Assembly: GCA_964557405.1 (NCBI GenBank) | Contig: CAZLAC010000002.1 | Coordinates: forward strand, 9,149 to 73,148 | Reading direction: 5' to 3' | DNA: 64,000 bases | Origin: an uncultured Candidatus Saccharibacteria bacterium | GTDB taxonomy: Bacteria > Patescibacteriota > Saccharimonadia > Saccharimonadales > Saccharimonadaceae | Shown here: positions 9,858 to 19,882 of the stretch, one piece after another | How positions within the stretch are numbered: position 1 is the first letter of the stretch | How the letters are laid out: every line of letters starts with the position of its first letter | Position numbers and translations under genes: made by a program | The notes under the pieces: generated by a model | What the model was told of the DNA's origin: nothing | Seen by the model: the letters and a program-made list of their open reading frames with translations, nothing else | The model's database searches: none

Positions 9858-11697
9858 TATAATTTAGCCAATAATATTTCCCGTCCAATAAATCATAGTT
9901 AATCATTTCGTAACTAGTGAGGGCGGGAGTTTTTTCTGGGTAATTGGTTCGGATGTAAGCTGGGGAGAGGATGGGAACTTCTGTACAAACTTGGTCCAAT
10001 ATATAATCTAGCAGCGGTTTTTCTGTATTGAGTAGATTTAGCATGGTATTGACTAGACAGTTTGGCGTAGTAGTAACTAGACGCATGGCACCGGCAGATT
10101 TGTCTTCTGGAAGATTAAAATTCGTATAGATGAAATACGGCGTGAGGTGCGCGATGTTGCTAACGGCAGGGTCTTCTGACTCTACAACTTCCGGGAAGAT
10201 ACCGGCAGAGTGGTCACCAAAGAACAGCACGACGGTCTTCTCGCGAGAGGCGGACAGTGCGTTGATGAATTCACCAAGATACGCGTCGGAATTATGAAGC
10301 ATCTGGAGATAGGTTTCTATATCCAAACGGCGACCATCATCATCACCATAGCCACTAGTCACAATAAAATCATGTGTACCGTAAATATCGTGGTCGTACG
10401 GAGCGTGATTCTGCATGGTGAGCAGGCCGATGAGCTGGCGCTGATTACGAGTATTTAGCATATCTAATACTTCTTGATAGGCGCTGCGGTCGTTAATGTA
10501 TTGAGAATTCTCGTCATGTTCCGTGTAGTGCATGTCTGGCTCCATGATGAGCTCGTCGAAACCTTCTTTGGGCAGAATGAGGTTGCGTTTGTACATACCG
10601 CCATTAAACGGATGCACCACGGAAGTTTGATAACCATTAGCCCTAGCAAAAGTGGCAATAGACGGGACGATTTTTGCATTGGGAAGGAGATCTGTGTATG
10701 GGACGGCGTTGGCCCAATAGTTAGTAAGACCAGTGAAGACTTCAAATTCTATATTTGCGGTGCCACCACCATAATCTGGTGAGTACATACGGCCGCTGGG
10801 GTTTTCCGACATGATACGATGAAGATTGGGCGTAACGTCGCCACCGGTGTAATTATAGTATTCGCGAATTAGCTCCGGATCGTAAAAAGATTCGTTAAGG
10901 ACAATCACTATATTATAGTCAGCGTCTTTGAGCGCGGTACGCGTAGTATCTGCGGATTTTTTAGCAGTGTATTCCGTGGCGATTTTGGCGATAGCCTCCT
11001 CGCTGTAGCCATCCGGAGGAGAAAGATCATATTTGCCCATGTTATAAGCAAAGCCCAGAATGAAACCGTTGTCGTCATAATTTTTGGTTTGGTTCCAGGC
11101 GACAAATTCAGAATTCAGCCAGGAAATTTTTTCGTATTTTTCTCCTGTATGATAGCGAGCGAAACCGGTACCCATGATAAGCCCAAAAACCGCGACCACC
11201 ATCAGAAATGCACGCGGGAGAAAATGATGGCGTTTAATCTGGAGCGCATTTTTTGTAAGATGGTCCAGTAGAAGCGACAGCAGGACGATCAAAATCACAG
11301 CAATCACTAGACGGACGATGGACCAAACGTCAATGAATTTAGTGAGCGTGCCGACTTCTCCGGCTAGCTGAAAATCTTCTGGTAGAAGCGGGGTACCACG
11401 AAAGTTGAATTTACTGATATGGATATATGTAACAATTGTGACGAGCGCCCAAGTGACACCCAGGCTAAGGAACGGTTTTTTAATCAGTGCGGAGAAAAAC
11501 AGGACGATACAAGACATCAGAAAGGCGTTATACAGGAAGACGAGCGGACGCTCCGTGACAAATTGCCAGGTTTGTGCAAGATCGTTGATGAAATAACGAT
11601 ACTCTAAGAAGAAAGTTAGAAGCAGGGCGGCAACAATAACCATAGCAATCCTAATTAGGAGACGTTTTCTGCTGCTGAAGCGTGTAGGGGTTTCCAT
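9850..11697 (-). CDS. LTA synthase (LtaS/sulfatase-like) family protein
   Basis: Five N-terminal TMs; VLNESF, GGGTANIEFE (catalytic Thr), HPF, TMQNH, FFGDH motifs. Confidence 0.88.
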   Translation of the reverse strand: METPTRFSSRKRLLIRIAMVIVAALLLTFFLEYRYFINDLAQTWQFVTERPLVFLYNAFLMSCIVLFFSALIKKPFLSLGVTWALVTIVTYIHISKFNFRGTPLLPEDFQLAGEVGTLTKFIDVWSIVRLVIAVILIVLLSLLLDHLTKNALQIKRHHFLPRAFLMVVAVFGLIMGTGFARYHTGEKYEKISWLNSEFVAWNQTKNYDDNGFILGFAYNMGKYDLSPPDGYSEEAIAKIATEYTAKKSADTTRTALKDADYNIVIVLNESFYDPELIREYYNYTGGDVTPNLHRIMSENPSGRMYSPDYGGGTANIEFEVFTGLTNYWANAVPYTDLLPNAKIVPSIATFARANGYQTSVVHPFNGGMYKRNLILPKEGFDELIMEPDMHYTEHDENSQYINDRSAYQEVLDMLNTRNQRQLIGLLTMQNHAPYDHDIYGTHDFIVTSGYGDDDGRRLDIETYLQMLHNSDAYLGEFINALSASREKTVVLFFGDHSAGIFPEVVESEDPAVSNIAHLTPYFIYTNFNLPEDKSAGAMRLVTTTPNCLVNTMLNLLNTEKPLLDYILDQVCTEVPILSPAYIRTNYPEKTPALTSYEMINYDLLDGKYYWLNYTK

Positions 11698-11729
11698 AAG
11701 GATATTATAACACTTTTATGCTAAATAAT

Positions 11730-13145
11730 TTAGTTCTTTGGGAACAGGGGTGTTTCCGGGGGGACGATTTTTTCGGCGGTGAAGATTTTTTCTATTTGGG
11801 TGGCAACTGGGAGATAGGGCTTCAGGAGGTGGTTAGCCTGCAGCAAATCAGCTACGAGCGAGCCGAGCAACACCCGTGCGGCAGCTGGGTCTGCTTTTGC
11901 AACGGACCAAGGCTTAGTCTCATCAATTCGGCGGTTGAGTTCCTGCAGTTTCCCCCAAGCATAGTCAATCCCGCGGGAATATTGGAAATTATCCATCAAC
12001 TCATGGTATTCGCCGTCGTGGGCCGGAGTAAATTCGCCCCCGCCCAAATCATTTTTATGGCAAAGCGTGGCAAGACGCTGGACTAAGTTGCCCAAGTCAT
12101 TTGCCAACTCATTGTTATACGCATTGTCGTATTTTTCCCAGGTAAAATCAGAATCGGAAAATGTATCAATATGGCGTGAGAAGAAATAGCGGAAAGCGTC
12201 TAATCCGTGCCGGTCCAGAACTTCTATTGGGTCTACAACGTTGCCTAAAGATTTACTCATTTTTTGACCGCCAGACAGGACATGACCGTGAGATAAGACA
12301 ACGCGCGGAAGTGGCAGGCCTAGCCCAAGCAGAATTGCCGGCCAAAGGATGGCGTGAAAACGCAAGATGTCTTTCCCTACTAGCTGGACATCAGCTGGCC
12401 AGAAAGCAGAAATGTCCTGGTCTGGATAGCCTAGCACTGTAATATAATTCGTTAAGGCATCCATCCAGACATACATAACTTGAGTCTCATCGCCAGGAAC
12501 AGGCACGCCCCACTTGAGATGCTCTACTGGACGAGAAATGGAAACGTCCGGACTGTCGGTGAGCATTTTGAGAACTTCTTTTTTACGAAAATCTGGAATG
12601 ATTTGCATCGTGTCGTTTTCTATGGCGGATTTAATCTCATCTTTGAAATCGCTAAGGCGGAAATAGTAGTTTTCTTCCTCTAGCTTTTCGTATGGAGTTT
12701 TATGGTCCGGACAAATACCGTTGTTTTCCTCATATTCTTTCTGCGTGACAAAACTTTCGCAACCCTCGCAATACCAACCAGTATAAGAATGTTTGTAGAT
12801 ATGATTGGAAAGCCGATTCCAGATTTCCTGGACACGACGAATATGCTCCGAGTTCGTAGTGCGAATAAAATCCGTATAAGAAATGTCAAATTTCTGAATA
12901 AAATCCTGGAATTTCTTGGAATTCTGGTTTACGTATTCCTGCACATCCAGACCAGTTTCAGCGGCCTTTTTGGCAATCTTGCTGCCGTGCTCGTCTGTAC
13001 CGGCTTGGAATTTAACGGCGTTTCCCTGCATGGTCTGATAGCGGGCGTAGATATCTGCCAATAAATAGTCCATAGCGTGACCAATATGCGGTGCGCCGTT
13101 GACATAAGGAATAGCAGTACAAATATATTTAGTATTTTTTGACAT
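11730..13145 (-). CDS. metG: Methionine-tRNA ligase (short form, no C-terminal Trbp domain)
   Basis: PYVNGAPHIGH, GTDEHG, CEGC..CPDH knuckle, KMSKSLGN. Confidence 0.97.
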   Translation of the reverse strand: MSKNTKYICTAIPYVNGAPHIGHAMDYLLADIYARYQTMQGNAVKFQAGTDEHGSKIAKKAAETGLDVQEYVNQNSKKFQDFIQKFDISYTDFIRTTNSEHIRRVQEIWNRLSNHIYKHSYTGWYCEGCESFVTQKEYEENNGICPDHKTPYEKLEEENYYFRLSDFKDEIKSAIENDTMQIIPDFRKKEVLKMLTDSPDVSISRPVEHLKWGVPVPGDETQVMYVWMDALTNYITVLGYPDQDISAFWPADVQLVGKDILRFHAILWPAILLGLGLPLPRVVLSHGHVLSGGQKMSKSLGNVVDPIEVLDRHGLDAFRYFFSRHIDTFSDSDFTWEKYDNAYNNELANDLGNLVQRLATLCHKNDLGGGEFTPAHDGEYHELMDNFQYSRGIDYAWGKLQELNRRIDETKPWSVAKADPAAARVLLGSLVADLLQANHLLKPYLPVATQIEKIFTAEKIVPPETPLFPKN

Positions 13146-13162
13146 ATATATTATATATTACA

Positions 13163-13202
13163 ATAGAAAAACCGTCAGCGCAAGGTCTGGCGGCTTTTCT
13201 AT
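13163..13202 (-). terminator. Probable intrinsic terminator
   Basis: Imperfect inverted repeat with a T-run on the reverse strand just after the stop of the 13207-14481 gene. Confidence 0.55.
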
Positions 13203-13206
13203 AAGA

Positions 13207-14481
13207 TTAGTCTTCTTTTTCTTGGCAGGTGAACCCGTCTTTAGTAAAGTGCGCATTCACGGATTCGGGGTCGGACTTGAGCTCGTCGTCCTCTACTGGC
13301 AAGCTGAAGATGACGGCGTTCTGTGCGTTGAGGCGCTCACCGAGGCCGGTGTAGGTTACCGTGAGGGTGCCATCTACACGAGCATAGCGACTGTCAAATG
13401 GGTCGCTCTTTAGGCCGGCGCTATCTAGCAAAGAGGCGTAGTAATTTTTGAAGTTATCTATGCCAGCTTTGGCCGTAGCGGCGTCCGGATATTCAACGGT
13501 AGAGACGTCAGTAATTTTAGTGATTTCGTCGTCTTCGTATTTGATGGTCATTTCTTCGTCCCAGACTGTAGCACCACCAGCGGAGAGTAAATCTTCAGCA
13601 CTGCGGGAAATGGCGCAGGTCATGGTCATAGAAATTGGGTCTGCTGGAGCCGGGGAGGAAGTGTTGTTGTTGCCGGTGTTATTGTTTTTATTGCTAGAGG
13701 AGTTGCTAGTGGCCATGATGAAGGCAAAGACGCCACCACCAATCACCACGAGTGCAATAACCACAATGAGCAAAATCATAGTAGTTTTCTTCTTTTTTCC
13801 AGCCGGAGCGGCAGCGGCAGCAGTGGCTTGGTAGTCTGTATAAGACGTAGAGCTACCGATAGAGCCAGGCGCCGGAGCGGCAGGTTGAATTGGGGTCTCG
13901 TCGTTGACCTTTTCTGGGGCGGCAGCGACGCTCGGATCGTTGGCGAAATTAGGAGCGGCAGGTTGAGTGTAGTCAGAAGTAGGCTCAGCAGAAGGGTTAG
14001 CATCCATTGGGGCGCTAGAAAGCGATTCTACAGCGCCAGCTAATGGATCCGGATCTGCAGCGCTAGGAATACCAGCTAGAGGATCGGCAGGGGCGGCAGG
14101 GGCGGCAGCCGGAGCAGCGAATGGGTCCGTTGTAGGGGCAGCAACTAGTGGATCGGTAGCAGGGGTACTAGTGGGGACGGTCGCCAGCGGATCTACCATA
14201 GTGCCGGTTTCTGGGCCAGGAGTAGGCACGACAGGCTCAGAGGCAGCCGGAATTCCTGCAAGCGGATCTACCCCGTAAGAGTCAGTGTTCCCCGGGGCTT
14301 GGTCAACCATAGCCTGTCCATCCGGAGTATTTGTAGCCGGAGCGAGCGGGTCAGCAGCTGGGATGCTAGCAGTGGGCGCGGCGGGTTCAGCCGGAGCCGG
14401 TGCCGGGGTTGGGGCCGGAGGAGTGGACGGATCTGGTCCAGTTCCAGCAATTGGATTAGTGTTTGGTTCTGCAGGATTCAT
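13207..14481 (-). CDS. Pro/Ala-rich single-pass membrane protein with extracellular domain
   Basis: About 230-aa low-complexity N-terminus with repeated DP[LF] motifs, KKKK + TM, Asn/Ser linker, globular C-terminal domain; AAGGAGG SD. Confidence 0.8.
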   Translation of the reverse strand: MNPAEPNTNPIAGTGPDPSTPPAPTPAPAPAEPAAPTASIPAADPLAPATNTPDGQAMVDQAPGNTDSYGVDPLAGIPAASEPVVPTPGPETGTMVDPLATVPTSTPATDPLVAAPTTDPFAAPAAAPAAPADPLAGIPSAADPDPLAGAVESLSSAPMDANPSAEPTSDYTQPAAPNFANDPSVAAAPEKVNDETPIQPAAPAPGSIGSSTSYTDYQATAAAAAPAGKKKKTTMILLIVVIALVVIGGGVFAFIMATSNSSSNKNNNTGNNNTSSPAPADPISMTMTCAISRSAEDLLSAGGATVWDEEMTIKYEDDEITKITDVSTVEYPDAATAKAGIDNFKNYYASLLDSAGLKSDPFDSRYARVDGTLTVTYTGLGERLNAQNAVIFSLPVEDDELKSDPESVNAHFTKDGFTCQEKED

Positions 14482-14538
14482 TAGTGCCTCCCTTTTAGTT
14501 TAATAAAATAAATACATTCCTGTATTATATTTTACCGC

Positions 14539-15282
14539 TTATGCTAAAAAATTCAAGAGTTTTTGCCATTGTTCTAGGCTTAAATCGGCGGGACGGGCGT
14601 TTTTGTCAATTTTTAGTGCAGAAAAAGCGGATTCTAAGGCGTCTTGCTCGTATGGTAAATTTTTGATGAGCTTCTTGCGCGGATTTTTGAAGCCAACCTT
14701 CATCAAATTAATGACCTGCTCTGAGACCTGGGGCTTAGCCAGTGGGTCCATGATGATGACGGCACTGTCTACTTTTGGTGGCGGTGTAAAGAATGATTTG
14801 GGCACGATAAAGCCTGGCGTGACTTTGGCACGGTTTTTGACGGTGAGAGAAAGGACAGACTCTTTCCCGTCCAGAGCCAGGATGCGGTCGGCAACTTCTT
14901 TTTGGATGAGAAGAACAATGCGCGCTGGGCGGTTCTCTGTCTCCAGAAGTTTGTTGATGATGGGCGAAGTGATATAATATGGAATGTTTCCAGCTACAAC
15001 GTAGGGCTCTTTGATTTGCGTTAAATCGTACTGCAGAAAATCTTGATGGACAACTACGAGATTTTTTCCTGGGAAAGATTTAGGCAGATTTTCTGCCAGA
15101 CGCCGGTCGTATTCTACGGCAATAACTTTATCAAAGCGCCTCAGGAGGCTGCTGGTCAGCGTGCCTAAACCCGGACCAATTTCCAGGACCAAATTTCCGG
15201 TGAGCAACTCAGAAATTTGGTCTAGTATCGTCCGGTCTTTGAGCCAGTGTTGGCCGAGGGATTTATTGTTTTTTAGCGCCAT
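14539..15282 (-). CDS. rsmA: 16S rRNA m6,6A dimethyltransferase
   Basis: KSLGQHWL, VLEIGPGLGTLT, GNIPYYITSPI, FTPPPKVDS. True start MALKNN at 15282; the upstream extension in the ORF track overlaps the next gene. Confidence 0.95.
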   Translation of the reverse strand: MALKNNKSLGQHWLKDRTILDQISELLTGNLVLEIGPGLGTLTSSLLRRFDKVIAVEYDRRLAENLPKSFPGKNLVVVHQDFLQYDLTQIKEPYVVAGNIPYYITSPIINKLLETENRPARIVLLIQKEVADRILALDGKESVLSLTVKNRAKVTPGFIVPKSFFTPPPKVDSAVIIMDPLAKPQVSEQVINLMKVGFKNPRKKLIKNLPYEQDALESAFSALKIDKNARPADLSLEQWQKLLNFLA

Positions 15283-15283
15283 A

Positions 15284-16318
15284 TTAGTACCAGCCGTGTG
15301 CTTGCCAGAAAGCCCAAGCCCCAGCCCAACCACCATAGCGGCTGACGTATCCTGCCATCCATTTAATCTGCGTGACGGGATTAGTGCGCCAGTCAGAACC
15401 GGCGGAAGCCATTTTTTCTCCAGGGAGAGCTTGCGGAATGCCATAGGCTCCGGAATTAGCATTAGTAGCGCCGGCACGGCAGCCAGATTCTTTATAGATA
15501 ATAGAGAGTGCGGCGTATAGGTCATCTTCCGATACGCCGGCCTGGCGGGCCCACTCGGCACATTCTGACCATTCTGGGCGGATGGTGGATTGTTTGGTGC
15601 CAACGGCGGTGATGCGGTTGACTGGCTGCTTGGTGATTTCTTCGGAAATGAGTTCGCGCGACTGTTCTACGCCGTCTACAAAATTGACACGGTATTTAGT
15701 GACTTTCAAACCGTCTTCGCCAACTTGCGTAAGTTTAGTTTGACCAATGTCCAGAGTGGCATCACTGACGGTTTCCTCGGTAAAGGCAATTGGGGTTTCT
15801 ACGGTGATAGTGCGACCGCCATTACGGGAAATTTGATAGGTTGGAGCAATACCAGCTTCTAGGAAATTAGTGTTTGCGATAAGATTGATTTCGTCGCCAT
15901 CATAAACAGTGATGCCAGCTTCTGCGGCGATGGTTTTTGCGTCGTAGCTAGCTGACATAATGTATTTTTTGGTTTTTCCGTCGGTAATAATAACTGGGCG
16001 GGCGCGGTAGATGTTGATGTGATAATTGTCGGCGTTGATGATTTCGGTCTTGGCCGGCTCTACGCGGTCGTTTGGATCCAGGGAAATGTTGGCGCGTTCC
16101 AGTACTTCCTGGACCGTGATAGCGTCAGTCTTTATGGTGAGAGACTGTTCTTTGTCGTGGATGGTGACAAAGTGATTTTCGGAAATTTCCTGAGCAGCGT
16201 CTTCGTCCGCAAAGGTGCTAGCGGTATGGCTACTGAGAATCCCGAAAAAACAAGCTCCGATGACTAAAACGTTCAGAATGTAGAAAAATTTATAACTTGT
16301 GCGTGTCTTTAGTCGCAT
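15284..16318 (-). CDS. G5/DUF348 domain protein with C-terminal lytic transglycosylase (RpfB/YabE-like)
   Basis: N-terminal TM, ubiquitin-like DUF348 repeats, G5 domain, KESG..SGAYGIPQA..NPVTQIKWM SLT motif; adjacent to rsmA as in the conserved yabE/rpfB-ksgA arrangement. Start could be 16318 or 16321. Confidence 0.85.
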   Translation of the reverse strand: MRLKTRTSYKFFYILNVLVIGACFFGILSSHTASTFADEDAAQEISENHFVTIHDKEQSLTIKTDAITVQEVLERANISLDPNDRVEPAKTEIINADNYHINIYRARPVIITDGKTKKYIMSASYDAKTIAAEAGITVYDGDEINLIANTNFLEAGIAPTYQISRNGGRTITVETPIAFTEETVSDATLDIGQTKLTQVGEDGLKVTKYRVNFVDGVEQSRELISEEITKQPVNRITAVGTKQSTIRPEWSECAEWARQAGVSEDDLYAALSIIYKESGCRAGATNANSGAYGIPQALPGEKMASAGSDWRTNPVTQIKWMAGYVSRYGGWAGAWAFWQAHGWY

Positions 16319-16335
16319 CATTACCATTATAGCAC

Positions 16336-18279
16336 TTATTCATAAATAGGCAAATCGTCTGGGAAAGGGTCATCATAAAGGTCGTCATCGTCAAAATCTC
16401 CGTCATTAGAGCCATAGGGATTATAGCCTAACTCTAGGAGGAAGCGCGAGGGCATACCATAACTATTCCCGGAAAAAGAAAAGCGGGATTTGGCGTAAGT
16501 CAGGAAGAGATTTTCCATGGCGCGAGTCATGCCAACATAAGCTAAGCGCCGTTCCTCCTCAATATCGCCCTCTTGTTCGGCGCGAGAACTGGGGAAAAGA
16601 CCGTCTTCCATCCCAACGATAAACACGACTGGAAATTCCAGACCTTTAGCAGCGTGGAGGGTCATAAGGGTGACGGAATTTTTCTGAGAACTCTCATCGG
16701 CGCTGGACATAAGAGCGGCGTCAGCAAGAAATTCGTCCAGGGTCTCATATGAGTCGGCGTTGCCAGCCATAGTTTCCAAGTTCTGAAGACGCTCTTCCCC
16801 GCCCGGAGTACCATCAGACAGAATGGACTGAAAATCAAAGAATCTAACAGTAAATTCAACAATCTCCCGCGGAGGCAGACTAGTATCAACTTGGCGGAGG
16901 TAGTTCTGCAAGCGCAAAACGGAAATCTTGGCTCGGGCGCTCAGGCTGAGAGGCAGGTGCTCGTCTAGCAAAGTAGTATTGGTGGCGTCCAGAAAATAGT
17001 AAATCTTTTCTAGGCTAGCATTGCCAACGCCAGAAAGAATGTTTTTAGCAACGCGCTCCAAACTGACCCGATCTACCGGATTGATGACGAGTTTTAGAAT
17101 GGCTAGGACGTCTTTGACTTCTCTACGATCATAGAAACGAACGCCGCCGATGATTTTGTAGGGGATTCTGGCCTGGATGAAGGCTTTTTCAAAAGCGTAG
17201 GACTGAGCATTGGTGCGGTAGAGTACGGCAAATTCATCATAGCGGCGATGCTCTTTAGCGGAGAGTGTCGTGATTTTGTTTGCGACCCAATTAGCCTCGG
17301 CGGATTCGTCGTTTAGAGCTTCAATTTCTACGGGACTGCCATCGTCGGCTTCAGTGAAAAGAGTTTTGTCGGTGCGAGTTTTGTTCTCGTTGATGATTTT
17401 TTGAGAAGCTTTGAGAATGTTGCCGGTGCTACGATAATTCTGCTCTAGTTTAATTACTTTTGCGCCGGGAAAATCTTTTTCAAAATTCAGGATGTTGGTA
17501 AAATCGGCACCCCGCCAAGAATAAATAGACTGCCAATCATCGCCAACGACACAAATATTTCGTTTTTTATTTACTAACAATTTGATTAATTCGTATTGAA
17601 CATGATTTGTATCTTGATATTCATCTATTAAAATGTGTTCAAATCGTTCCTGCCACTTCTGACGAATTGCTAAATTCGTTTTGAAAAGTTTAACGACTTC
17701 TAAAAGCAGGTCATCAAAATCCAATGCGGAAGATTTGCGTTTTTCCTTCTCGTAATGAGCGAAAATTTTAGCGGTAGCGATTTGATTAGGATAGTAAGCC
17801 TGGGCCTTGTAATCCTCTGGGGTTTGGCCTAGATTTTTACAATGAGAAATGATGCTTTGGACGGTTTTTGGTTTGATGGATTTATCGGAAATATGTAGAT
17901 CTTTGATAGCGTGCTTGATGAGGGTGATCTGGTCGTCCGTATCGTAAATCACGAAATTTTTGTCCAGGCCAGCAGCCTCCGCTTCTAGGCGCAAAATTTT
18001 CACACAGATACCGTGAAAAGTACCCATATATGGCATGAAACCACGCGGGGGTTCGCCGGGATTTTTTAGGAGCTGCCAAAGCCGCTCGCGCATCTCCCGG
18101 GCAGCTTTATTAGTGAAGGTAACGGCCAGGATGCGGTGTTGTGGAATGCCGGTTCTCAAGAGACTCGCGATACGAAAAGTCAGGGTACGGGTCTTTCCAG
18201 AGCCAGCACCAGCCAAAATCAGCACTGGTCCGGACAGGATTTTTATGGCCTCGCGTTGGGCGGGATTGAGCTTGTCCAT
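16336..18279 (-). CDS. pcrA: UvrD/PcrA superfamily I helicase
   Basis: AGAGSGKT, TFTNKAA, IDEYQDTN, VGDDWQSIYSWRGA, LEQNYRS, HAAKGLEF, EERRLAYVGMTRA. Confidence 0.93.
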   Translation of the reverse strand: MDKLNPAQREAIKILSGPVLILAGAGSGKTRTLTFRIASLLRTGIPQHRILAVTFTNKAAREMRERLWQLLKNPGEPPRGFMPYMGTFHGICVKILRLEAEAAGLDKNFVIYDTDDQITLIKHAIKDLHISDKSIKPKTVQSIISHCKNLGQTPEDYKAQAYYPNQIATAKIFAHYEKEKRKSSALDFDDLLLEVVKLFKTNLAIRQKWQERFEHILIDEYQDTNHVQYELIKLLVNKKRNICVVGDDWQSIYSWRGADFTNILNFEKDFPGAKVIKLEQNYRSTGNILKASQKIINENKTRTDKTLFTEADDGSPVEIEALNDESAEANWVANKITTLSAKEHRRYDEFAVLYRTNAQSYAFEKAFIQARIPYKIIGGVRFYDRREVKDVLAILKLVINPVDRVSLERVAKNILSGVGNASLEKIYYFLDATNTTLLDEHLPLSLSARAKISVLRLQNYLRQVDTSLPPREIVEFTVRFFDFQSILSDGTPGGEERLQNLETMAGNADSYETLDEFLADAALMSSADESSQKNSVTLMTLHAAKGLEFPVVFIVGMEDGLFPSSRAEQEGDIEEERRLAYVGMTRAMENLFLTYAKSRFSFSGNSYGMPSRFLLELGYNPYGSNDGDFDDDDLYDDPFPDDLPIYE

Positions 18280-18297
18280 TCTATTATTGTAGCACAA

Positions 18298-19845
18298 CTA
18301 GATGCCGGTGAGCGGAGTAATGTCTGCGCCAAGATGGTTCAGTCGGCGGGCAAAATCCTGATAGCCACGGTTGATGGAATAAATGTTGCGCAAGATGGAA
18401 GTGCCCGGAGCGGCCAGCATAGCAATTAGGATAACAACGGCCGGGCGGAGTGCAGGCGGCGCCATTAGTTCGGCTGGGCGCCAGTTAGTGGGGCCTTCTA
18501 CATAAACTCGGTGCGCATCCAGAAGCTCAACTTTGGCATTGAGATTAGTTAGTTCCGTAGTGTAAATGGCGCGGTTTTCAAATACCCAATCGTGAATCAG
18601 GGTGCGGCCTTCTGCCGTAGCGGCAATCACAGAGAAAAACGGCAGGTTATCAATGTTTAATCCCGGAAAAGGCATGGGGTGAATTTTGTCAATTGGGGCT
18701 TTGAGCTCTGACTTATGGATGGTTAAATCCGCCAAACGCGTGCGACCATTTTCGGAAAAATATTCGTCACTGCAAGTAATTTTTGCGTTCATGGATTTAA
18801 GGACTTCTAGCTCTATCTCCAGGAATTCAATCGGTGCGCGACGAATAGTGATTTGTGATTTAGTGACGAGTGCAGCAGCGATAAAGGACATGGCCTCAAT
18901 GGGGTCCTCGGCTGGCCAGTATTCAATATCTTCGTCAATTTTTTCGCGGCCAGTGATTTCTAGAGTTGTAGTGCCAACGCCACGAATTTTTACACCCAGC
19001 TTCTGGAGGAAGAAACAAAGGTCCTGGACCATGTAATTAGGAGAAGCGCCCACGATTCTAGTGGTACCGGGGTAGAGAGCCGCGGCCATAAGAGCATTTT
19101 CGGTGACGGTGTCGCCGCGCTCGATCAGGACGATGCTCTTACGAGGAAGTCCGGTATTTTGCGGGGAAACCTGGCACTCATAGAAGCCCGAGTTGCACTC
19201 GGCATCTACGCTAAGACCAAAGGCGCTGAGGGCTTTTAGGTGCGGGTCTACGGTGCGAGTACCGAGTGAGCAGCCGCCAGCGTAAGGCAGGCGAAATTTC
19301 TTGTAGCGGTGCAGAAGTGGCCCCATAAACATGATGATGGAGCGAGTTTTACGAGCAGCATCAATATTCATTTTGTCAAGTTTTAATTCGCGTGGTGATA
19401 TAATTTCAAGGTCTTTGTGGCGATTAGTCCAGCGACATTTGACGCCGATAGATTCCAAAACTTCTATAATCCGGAAAACTTCCTCTATGCGAGCAACGTG
19501 ATGCAGGGTAGTTTTGCCGTGGTTGAGAAGGCTAGCGCAGAGCAGACCAACGGCGGCGTTTTTTGAGGTATTGATAGTGATTTCTCCATGCAAAGTTTTC
19601 CCGCCTTCAATCCGGTAAGACAGCGAGGCGTTGTCGTTTACAGAGAGAATTTGACCACCTAGCTGTCCGGAAATTTTTTTGACCATTTCTAGGGAGATGT
19701 TTTGGTTCCCTTTTTCTATGCGGTGAATCGCAGACTGGGAGGTACCAATCATGTCCGCAAGCTCTGCCTGCGTGAGGCCCTTTTCCATACGCAAACGAGA
19801 AATGAGACGCCCAATTTCCTGCTGATAATTCCGTGATTTAGTCAT
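18298..19845 (-). CDS. murA: UDP-N-acetylglucosamine 1-carboxyvinyltransferase with N-terminal XRE HTH
   Basis: N-terminal GLTQAELADMIGTSQSAIHRIEKG HTH, then SKNAA, PYAGGCSLGTR (catalytic Cys loop), DPIEA, PFPG, FENR, INRGY. Confidence 0.9.
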   Translation of the reverse strand: MTKSRNYQQEIGRLISRLRMEKGLTQAELADMIGTSQSAIHRIEKGNQNISLEMVKKISGQLGGQILSVNDNASLSYRIEGGKTLHGEITINTSKNAAVGLLCASLLNHGKTTLHHVARIEEVFRIIEVLESIGVKCRWTNRHKDLEIISPRELKLDKMNIDAARKTRSIIMFMGPLLHRYKKFRLPYAGGCSLGTRTVDPHLKALSAFGLSVDAECNSGFYECQVSPQNTGLPRKSIVLIERGDTVTENALMAAALYPGTTRIVGASPNYMVQDLCFFLQKLGVKIRGVGTTTLEITGREKIDEDIEYWPAEDPIEAMSFIAAALVTKSQITIRRAPIEFLEIELEVLKSMNAKITCSDEYFSENGRTRLADLTIHKSELKAPIDKIHPMPFPGLNIDNLPFFSVIAATAEGRTLIHDWVFENRAIYTTELTNLNAKVELLDAHRVYVEGPTNWRPAELMAPPALRPAVVILIAMLAAPGTSILRNIYSINRGYQDFARRLNHLGADITPLTGI

Positions 19846-19882
19846 AAGAGAATTATATCACAGAATGAATAATTTGTATAGC

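Noticed and set aside
15283-15603. 107-aa N-terminal extension of RsmA in the ORF track
   Set aside because: Overlaps the transglycosylase domain of the upstream gene in another frame; RsmA homology begins at MALKNN (15282).
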